A DNA stretch of 64,000 bases, from positions 15,810,001 to 15,874,000 of the forward strand of contig OX597832.1 of NCBI GenBank assembly GCA_951406725.2, in the 5' to 3' direction. Position 1 is the first letter of the stretch, and each line of letters begins with the position of its first letter. This document shows positions 54,590 to 64,000 of the stretch, piece after piece. Under the pieces are notes generated by a model. It did not search any database, had not been told where the DNA came from, and saw nothing but the letters and a program-made list of their open reading frames with translations. The translations under genes and the position numbers were made by a program. This stretch comes from Octopus vulgaris. Taxonomy: Eukaryota.

Positions 54590-55840
54590 TATTACATTTC
54601 TCAGCTTCGAGCCAGGAACAAAACAAATATTCTTTTGAATAGCGATGTCATAATTCTTCAATGAAGCCCATAGCCCCCACTGCCAGGTGGTAATACTCGA
54701 CATACCATCCCTGTTCTCTGCACTCTTCCATTAGTTTTTCGTACCTTTCCTTTCTCTGCATTGTCGATGTTCTCTTCCCATGGCACTCTCAGTCCTAGCC
54801 AAATTCCTATTCTCCGTTCTCTGTCCCATAGGAATAAATCTGGTCATTTTGTTGTTTTTATGAGTGGAAATATTACTAGTCTTTCCAAATCCGTGGCCAG
54901 CACCCAGTATTCCCTTCATCTCGTATGTTTTATTTGTAGGCCTGGTTTTATATCCTTTTCCTTCTTTCTGGCAGTATACTGTCCTGCCCTTTTCCACTTT
55001 TGGGTACTTTCCCATATTGACGTTCATTATAAGGGCACGATTGAAGTTAGTGGCAGTTGTTTATACTTTATTTAACTCGAGTTATATAGGCAGACTTTTC
55101 AAGATCTAAAGATAAAACTCTACAAAGTCGAGCTGGATGAAATTTCGTTTAGGTCTATCTACAAATTTCTTTGAACATCAAATGGTTACGCAGCTACATA
55201 TGCATTCCATTAGATTTTAGGTGGCAATAATGGGTTCTAAGTAGGGTTAGCGTCAGAAGCAATAATACAAAGTAATATAGGTTTGTTTATGATGCCTACT
55301 TTGCTTTTTATGGGATTTACCAACCTAGATCTATGAACGACTGTGAAATTGTAATTGTGCTCCTTCAGGTTTAGATGGGACGCACTACGCGATCTTCGAT
55401 ATTTTGTTTTGTATCAATGCATGTTTTGCATCATCATGGATTAAATTATAACTGTCTTAGATTGCCTATATATTCTAGTAATCTTATATCTGTGCAGTTT
55501 TCCGTGTGCGATTGTCGAGCGCATCTTAAGATTTATCTGCTTATGTCTGTTGAGATATTTTTTAAAATGTTTATTAAATACATCCAATTTGAAGCTATGC
55601 ATTACCATACGTTCTCCTGATAAGATCTTCAGTCTTATGATCTGGAATTTCTTCAGCGATGTTTTCACTTCATATTTTCCAGGCTTTGTTTTGGATTCTT
55701 TATTCGTGTATAATTTTCGTCTGCTATTTAGGAACGCTGAAAGTGCTGTTAGTGTTATATAATTCTCATGTATTATGTTATTGTTATGTACGTCTCGTGT
55801 ATTCTCATGCAACTTAGAGACGAGTGCCATCACGTCCATG
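54590..55840 (-). mobile_element. Decayed non-LTR retrotransposon with restriction-like endonuclease (Hero/NeSL-like)
   Basis: Minus strand: PDLFLWDRERRIGIWLGLRVPWEENIDNAE / RYEKLMEECREQGWYVEYYHLAVGAMGF (RLE PD..ELTVPWE..VG.RGF pattern). Upstream EGAQLQFH and GMHM*LRNH match the pre- and post-knuckle motifs. Confidence 0.8.
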
Positions 55841-56289
55841 TGCTACGCTTGCACAATTGCGATGATATTTGTACATGTAGACAGTGTTGCCTTTTCATTT
55901 CAGAAATAACGAATATTCACCCATCATTGTACCGTTGAACGGTTATTCTCACTGTTCGATATATGGATTCATTGTCAATAATAATATTGTTTAAAAATCA
56001 TAAATTCGAATTTTCCACCAGCTATGCCACACTCGAACAGTGAGGTGACGGCTTTTGTGACACAGATTTGAAGTCAAAGTTCTTCTTGCCAAAAAGTAAT
56101 AAACTTCCATACCACTAAATTATGGTGTAATCTCTAAGATTCATATAAAATTGCTTTAATTATAACGGTAGTAGAAAGGAACGTTAATGCATCTATTTTT
56201 CTACCAATCCACCTATACATAAATGCATCCATAAATAAATTACGCACGCACACACATACGCACGCACACAAATACGCTCGCACACACAT

Positions 56290-56358
<69 letters not shown>

Positions 56359-56360
56359 CA

Positions 56361-56401
<41 letters not shown>

Positions 56402-57492
56402 ATATATTCATATATATGCATACATACATACATAAACACACGTATATATATGAATTATTGTTAATGTATTATATTGGCGTTGCACCCGCTGAATGGCAAC
56501 GTTGATGATGATGATAATGACGAGGCTTATTATGACGTTCGTGAAATGTAGCAAGTATTGTATATTATATAGTTGTGGAAAATATGCCTTGCTACATTTA
56601 CTTCAGTTCTTACTGATATATATCGTGTCTAGACACATATCAACGCATTATCTGGAATATCAATTTCCCAAATTCGTTTTGTCGATGCACACACAGCAAA
56701 TCTAAGCGTCACAAATCAGATCTCACCACTTTGGTAATTCACTATATTTGTTTGTGCAATTCAATATAAGGAAATTGATAAAAAACATAGTGCAAATTGC
56801 TAAGCATGAAACTTCATGGTACTGTTTGAATTTTTGTTAGCGTAACTAGCATATCAAATAATTGTCATCTGGCACACTATATTCAAAGGCCATTTTGAGG
56901 TTATGGTGTTTTAAACTTATCACGCCAGATTTATAGATTATGACGATAGAAATAACAAATTATCGAAGAATGTCAAACTTATTTTCAAAGGAAACGATAT
57001 ATGGGTAGTCTAAATATTTAACCGATTCAACACATAATTTGCAGTATATCTCCATCTTTCGACAGAGGCCATGCTTTTTTATTTAAGTAGATATGCCTAC
57101 ATCTAACAGAAAAATCACAAATCAAAGTCTATTCAAATTTCATCAAGATAAATACATTCTAACGTAACAAAGAAAACGTCAATATTTCATTTTTCTTTTC
57201 ACAAACAATAATTCATTTCTGCAAAAGGCAAAAGGTCTGCAGCATACTGACATTCAATGAGTAACTTGCTCTATTAAGAAAGGTAATTATGGTGTCAGAT
57301 TATATTTGTGTACGTCTGTGAACATGTGTGTGATATACATATATATATACATAAAAATACAAACAAGGGAATATTTATACACGCACACACATACACACAT
57401 ATATATATATATACATATATATATATATGTATGTATACATACATATCTATATACATATATATATATATATGTATGTATACATACATATATAG

Positions 57493-57523
<31 letters not shown>

Positions 57524-57589
57524 AATTTGCGGCTATATGTATTCGTGTTTTGCGCGTATGCGTACATACGCATATATATATATACATAT

Positions 57590-57653
<64 letters not shown>

Positions 57654-57658
<5 letters not shown>

Positions 57659-57865
57659 TAATTCAAACATGAAAGCACAAAGAGAAAACAGAACAACGCG
57701 AGGCGTGGAAGAAATGTAATATTATTGGACACACATGAAGGAAGGGAAGAAGGGGGGGTTTACGTTTCGAGCAGAGCTCTTCGTCAGAAACATAGGCAAA
57801 AGAAAAGATCCAGAGAAGGGAAGACGGAGGTGAATAAATCTCCAACGGTACACACGCGGTCACAT
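57654..57865 (-). mobile_element. TA-flanked cassette with minimal hammerhead
   Basis: Inverted relative of 58025-58200; both ends abut TA tracts. Confidence 0.75.
57758..57791 (-). ncRNA. Minimal hammerhead ribozyme motif
   Basis: Reverse complement: GUUU CUGACGA a GAGC ucu GCUC GAAA CG UA AAC. Full core, 4-bp stem II, palindromic ACGU in place of stem III. Confidence 0.75.
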
Positions 57866-57874
57866 ATCTATATA

Positions 57875-57905
<31 letters not shown>

Positions 57906-58024
57906 GTATCTTACATATATATATATATATATATATACATATATATACATATATATATATATGCATGTATATGTGTGTGTGTGTGTGTCTGTGCGTGTGC
58001 ATGTGTTTGTGTGCGTGTGTGTAT

Positions 58025-58200
58025 GAGAATCGTTGGCGTTTTTCCTCCGTCTTCCTTTCTATTGGACTTCCCTCTGTTTCTGAAGAAGAAAGTTGCTCGA
58101 AACGTTAAACCATTTTTTCCTTCGCTGCTTATACTTTACATATACCAAGTCCTCGGCTTGTTTTTTAACGTGCTTCTTCATCTTTTTAGGAGATTTACAC
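58025..58200 (+). mobile_element. Cassette with minimal hammerhead, inverted relative to 57654-57865
   Basis: cgttggcgtttttcctccgtcttcc mirrors ggaagacggagg..ccaacg. Confidence 0.7.
58076..58110 (+). ncRNA. Minimal hammerhead ribozyme motif (stem II decayed)
   Basis: GTTT CTGAAGA agaaagttgctc GAAA CG TT AAAC; stem I GUUU/AAAC, palindromic AACGUU. Confidence 0.65.
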
Positions 58201-58292
58201 TTTCTCTGTCCGTCTGTCTGTCTTTCTCTCCCTCTCCCTCTCTCTCTCCCCTCTCTCTCTCACCCCAGTCTCTCTCACCCCCACTCGCTCTC

Positions 58293-58337
<45 letters not shown>

Positions 58338-58471
58338 AGAGAGAGAGAAATACATAGATAAATAGATAGATAGACATATAGATATAGATATAGTTTCAGA
58401 TGGATATGGTAAGTAGAATGTAGCAGACTTTAGTATGGTATTGCACATATAATTTAAAATGAGGTGATTAG

Positions 58472-58586
58472 AATCAAAATAAGCAACACAGATATCCAGA
58501 GGTAATTCAGTGCGATTGTTTCATGCGACTGGCATGAAACGACCGTACTGCATTATCTCTGGATATCCTTGTTGCTTATGTTGATT
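58472..58586. repeat. Fold-back hairpin (arms 58472-58526, 58532-58586) from the 14800-family cassette
   Basis: aatcaaaataagcaacacagatatccagagg..gtttcatgc / gcatgaaac..tctggatatccttgttgcttatgttgatt; the left arm matches 14799-14855. Confidence 0.9.
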
Positions 58587-58670
58587 ATATATATATATAT
58601 ATATAAGTAAGGAAATTTGTTAACAAGTCGTTCAACTCCATTCTTTCATAAACTTATACATATATATATG

Positions 58671-58756
<86 letters not shown>

Positions 58757-58859
58757 TTATATACATATATATATGTATATATATGTTTATAGATATACAT
58801 ATATGTGTGCGTATGTTTGTCTCTGTGGAAAATAGGGAAATAGTTATCAAATAAAATCG

Positions 58860-58877
58860 TACATATGTCAATGCATA

Positions 58878-58942
<65 letters not shown>

Positions 58943-58954
58943 TTGACATATGTA
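58860..58954. repeat. Perfect 18-bp inverted repeat around a TA tract
   Basis: tacatatgtcaatgcata (58860-58877) / tatgcattgacatatgta (58937-58954). Confidence 0.92.
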
Positions 58955-61364
58955 GTCTTATTTTTATTTCATACCTATTTTGCAAGATTTTTCTCTATCA
59001 CTCACTTACTTTTCCTCCAAACTTTCTTAATTTTCCTACACGAAGTCTTCACGAAATATATATCATTTGATGTTTTTTTCGTTTCTTATATTTATTGTAC
59101 ATACGATACTAAACTTATTTCTTTCCTTCGGATTTCATATGTTTGTACACTGTCTGCATCGTACAGAAAATCAATAAACTTACTGACCTTTTCTACGAAG
59201 CACAACGTTAAAGTTAACCGCCAATGCCTACAAACATACGTACATCCACATACTTAGATGATGATGCTTATACATATAATTTTACGAGCGCGAGTAATAT
59301 ATGTATGGACACACATAGACACGCACATACACGTACATATATATGAATAAACATAATAGCAAATGAAATTTAGGAACATGTGTATATTTCTTACAGACGC
59401 ACATTAAAAAAAATACGTATATATATTTTTTAAATATCTACTTTGGTCATGAGGTACTCTCTGACAATACTAGATGCTTGCAGTAAAAATTCAAACAGTA
59501 TTCATATTTCGATACTGATAATTACATTTTTCAGTCTATAATTGAATTAAAATTTCGCAAAAATATCAATATTGTGTTTGAATGGAAGTGGAAATAAATA
59601 CAAAAAAAAAAATCATATATCCATTTCGTTAATTATGTGCTGTGTATATTGTTTTTAGTGTCTTTCATCTCCACCATACTTTTCAATTCAATCTTTATTA
59701 ATTTATTCCCTTCCACTGCTCTGGAATTTTGGGATATAATTCATTTCAACATTATGCGTATATATATACATACATGCATACATACATACATATATATATA
59801 TACATATACATATATATATATATTTCTGTATGCTATGTCTATTTTCTCATTTATATCTCATGTTCCATCTTTATTTCCATTTAATTACAATCGTTTCGTT
59901 TATTAATTTACTGTGACACAACATGAAAATAACATATTACACTAATTAAATGCTAACGAATCCCCCTATGTAATAGATACCTTATTTTGGTTTATACATT
60001 TTTCTTTCGACTTCGTCGTCCATTCTATTCTTTTCACTCTATACATAAATTTTTCAGTGATTTTGAATTATGTTTGTATTCGTGTCGTAGCCGTTCCTTC
60101 GTTTTGCATTACGTATATAATATCGCAGGGAAATAAATAAGTGCAATGTCATTACTAAATTTGCAAAACATACTTCAAATATTCTTCAGTAAACACGAAT
60201 TATGAATATCGTCTGCAGTAGCCGCACCTATACTTCATTTCGTATAACGGCATATATTTTCTTGTCTAATAATCATATCACAAAATATACATACATTCAT
60301 AAGCGCGAGACCGTTTGTGAACATCCTCATTAGATGTACCGGTATATAATATAGTGTGCATGATTTAAAGTATTCATTTAGTAAATTAATAATCATTATT
60401 TACCTGAATATATGGTTGAATTATATGCGACCTCACCATTCTTATAAACACAATGCTACATTATTTATCAACACCAATGAAATAACCCCTGGTCATAGTA
60501 TGCTGTTTAAACAAAGGAAAATACTAATTTTAGTTTCTCAATAATTGAAAGCTGCGCCTGTCCTGACTGGTTTTCTTAACCCCGGCCTGAAAGCTTTCTA
60601 CAGGCTATTGGTTGTTTCATTAGTTATTAAAAAAATACAAATTCACTATGTCAATATTTATGTCCATATCTATGACTGTACAATTGCTATAAGTATACCA
60701 ACCAAACACAGTGAACCAGATAGCGGAATTTTTGACTTCTCACCAAATTTGTAATTTATATCAACTTTATTATTATCTACTTAACTCGCTGTTCGAGTAT
60801 ATGTGTGCAAAACAAGCGTATGTTTCTGGCAACTAAGTGCCTGAGCATTTGTATAAGCAAGTGTGCCTGCGCCAGACCACGTGCGTTTGGGCGTATGTAC
60901 ATCCATATTTACTAAGATATATATCTAATTCAGTTTTCCTGTATTGTGTATGTGTTTCTTTCTCTATCTGATATTTGTTATGATCCTTCTACTCTACAAG
61001 AATAAAGCCGTATGACTCGTGTTGCCATTTCTATACAGGATGTCGAGAAAGTAATATTCGTAAACAGGGTTCATTTTAACAAGATACCACTTCAAATCAC
61101 CCGAGCAGACATATCCACACAGAGCAATACACCTAAACCACATGTTAGTATCGAACACGCGAGTGGTCGAATCTTCATAGGTGTAAACGTTTGCAGTGAT
61201 TAATAAATGTGCTCGTATCTCCTATCTACCGCCTAAATTATTAGTCAGTTAGCCAACGAGCACTGAGCTGGTGAACGGGCTCAACCGGTAAACTACCAGC
61301 TGTATAGCATACAGACACATACACATACATACACAGACACATACACATACACACACACATACAT

Positions 61365-61447
<83 letters not shown>

Positions 61448-61678
61448 CATATGTGTGTGTGTGTGTGAGTGTGTGAAAACTCCAGTAGAATGGACGAAAG
61501 CGTTAATATATGATATATGATATATGATATATGATGCATAAAATCACCTAATATACACATAAAAATCTGTAAATATAAAATCATCCGAATTTCTGAGTAA
61601 CTCATTTCTTCTAATATAAAATACCTGTACATTATCTCCAAACCTTCTAAAAAAAAAAAATATATATATATATATAAC

Positions 61679-61726
<48 letters not shown>

Positions 61727-63289
61727 CAATTAAGGAATGGCCTTAATAGGCCATTCGTCCACTAGAAAGAGCAGCCAGGACTCAAACCGCTAAGTAGTAG
61801 TAATTCAGAAATTAGGTGAAAATTTAAAAACGTTTACCCTAATTCATCTTTAGACGATGCATCGTTTCAGTGTTTTTAATGGTAAACCAGCTTAATTAAT
61901 ATATATATATATATTGTGTATATGCATAGATATTGCCTTCTTTTTCACAATACTTAGTATGGAGTGCCTTTTAATAGACACGTGAGTATAAAAAACACAT
62001 GTGTTTTATGCATTTTTCACTTTCAGTGGGCGGAGATCTTTTGGTATAGAATCAATAGCTTATTTGAGCAGTCAAGTTTATTTCGATTAATAGGGTAGTA
62101 TATTACGTGATGTTATGTTTTGTAACAATCCGAGCTGATTTATTCTAAGATATTTCATTAGACAGATATTTTTAGATAATTAAATCTCAATTCTTACACA
62201 TATTATAATTATGTCGCCATTAAAAAATAATTTTATTACTTTTATCAGAGTATCCCTAATTTTCAAAACCCACAATATCATGAATACGCGCATTCACAAT
62301 TAAAGTAATTCAATATAATTATGTACTTTTACTCCCATTAATCATTTGCAGTCATCTGAGATTTAAATCAGCATCGATCGCAAATTGGTTAGCTACAAGA
62401 TCGGTTGAATACTTCTTTGATAATCAGGAATTTTACATACTTACGTATTCAAGAAATAGTCAATATGGAATATGATTTATTTAAACTTATATTAATGTCA
62501 GAAAATATTTTATAAGAATGAGGGCAATGTTTACAATAATCCGAGTTTCGGAATTCGTTGGACATTCAGTACAAAATGTTAATCGTCCACACTACATGAC
62601 AACATTATTATTAAGGCATAATTGTTTAAAGGAATAAATTTAGTAAAATAAGCGTAGAAAAAAATGTAAAACCGCAATAAGTGAATAAAAAATTAAATAT
62701 ATTCAGAATCATATGATTGGAATGGTGTAGTAAATTATATTTTCATCTCATAACAGATTTAGGAATGTAATGCATGAATCTGATTTTCTGCAAGAATTGA
62801 CAATTCAATTAGTTTGTGCTTCCATGCACGTACCAACACGTTCAGTGATAATTTGATTACCATTGCAAAATCTAAAAATACATTCATAAGAAAATGAACG
62901 AATTCTTCCAACTTTACGAAAAGAAAAAAAACCTTAAATTACGAGAAGTGTCAGGACAAAACAAAATTACCCTGTGCAAAAAAGAGGGAGTAGGAGAAAC
63001 ACAAACACTTAAATTTTCAGTGGCACGAACGCTTGATTGTTGTATGAAATCTTCTCTGTACGGTATTAAATTAAATATAAATGAGGGTGGGTTTGACTGA
63101 CCGATACGGGAATGCAAATGAATTTCATTATTTACGAAGATGTGTGCGATAATGAACACAAGAATTAATGCACATCAATGCGACAACAGAAAAGCAGGAT
63201 AAAACAGCAAAAACTTCACACTTGCATGAGCACATAATTTTCTATAAGGTACACATAAATACATACAAATATATATATACAAAAATAAA

Positions 63290-63331
<42 letters not shown>

Positions 63332-63372
63332 ATATATATAAATACACACAAACACACACACACACATATATA

Positions 63373-63769
63373 TACTCTTTTACTCTTTTACTTGTTTCAG
63401 TCAGTTAACTGCGGCCATGCTGGAGCACCGCCTTTAATCGAGCAACTCGACCCCCGGACTTATTCTTTGTAAGCCCAGTACTTATTCTATCGGTCTCTTT
63501 TGCCGAACCACTAAATAACGGGGACATAAACACACCGGCATCGTTTGACAAGCAATGCTAGGGGGACAAGCACAAACAAACAAACACACACACGCATATA
63601 TATATATATATATATATATATACGACGGGGTTATTTCAGTTTCCGTCTACTAAATCCACTGACAAGGCTTTGATCAGCCGGAGGGTATAGTAGAAGACAA
63701 TTGCCCAAGGTGCCACGCAGTGGGACTGAACCTGGAACCATGTAGTTGTTAAACAAGCTACTTAACACA
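63373..63769 (-). mobile_element. SINE family A, near full length
   Basis: Collinear with 22043-22526, including the internal TA tract and the tactctttt tail. Confidence 0.9.
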
Positions 63770-64000
63770 TATATTCATATACATATACACATACATATAT
63801 ACATACACATATACACACATGCAAAGACATATATACATTCACACATGCATTCATGAATTCAGATACGACATCTAGTTACGACAGCGTCGTCTAATTGTAT
63901 GCATGACTGTGATTATTTTAATTTTGAATTCTGAAACTTAAAATTGAGATGTTTTGTTACGCGAAATTTCTGCATGTAATATATTTTACTCCAAAATCTA

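Overview
AT-rich, microsatellite-saturated eukaryotic non-coding DNA, most likely cephalopod (Octopus-like; inferred from the two abundant tRNA-head SINE families and the extreme (TA)n/(CA)n density, not verified). I find no intact protein-coding gene. Nearly all ORFs in the track are low-complexity artefacts. Recognisable transposon remnants: a maT-type DD37D Tc1/mariner, a mariner with TIRs, an RTE LINE, a Penelope-like RT fragment, an internally deleted Gypsy element with both LTRs, an RLE-type (Hero/NeSL-like) non-LTR fragment, a solo-LTR-like unit, non-autonomous Helitrons and many SINEs. The main unexplained structure is a set of short cassettes abutting (TA)n tracts, from several apparently unrelated families, that carry type I hammerhead ribozyme folds (best at 5936-5986, 7501-7551, 10908-10952, 14835-14895, 57758-57791 and 58076-58110, plus decayed copies). 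They recur as inverted pairs or fold-backs with the same polarity (antisense copy left, sense copy right, 3' ends outward). One inverted pair directly adjoins a Penelope-like RT remnant, which points to a Penelope-derived, microsatellite-associated, ribozyme-bearing hairpin-generating system. All alignments and folds were done by eye.
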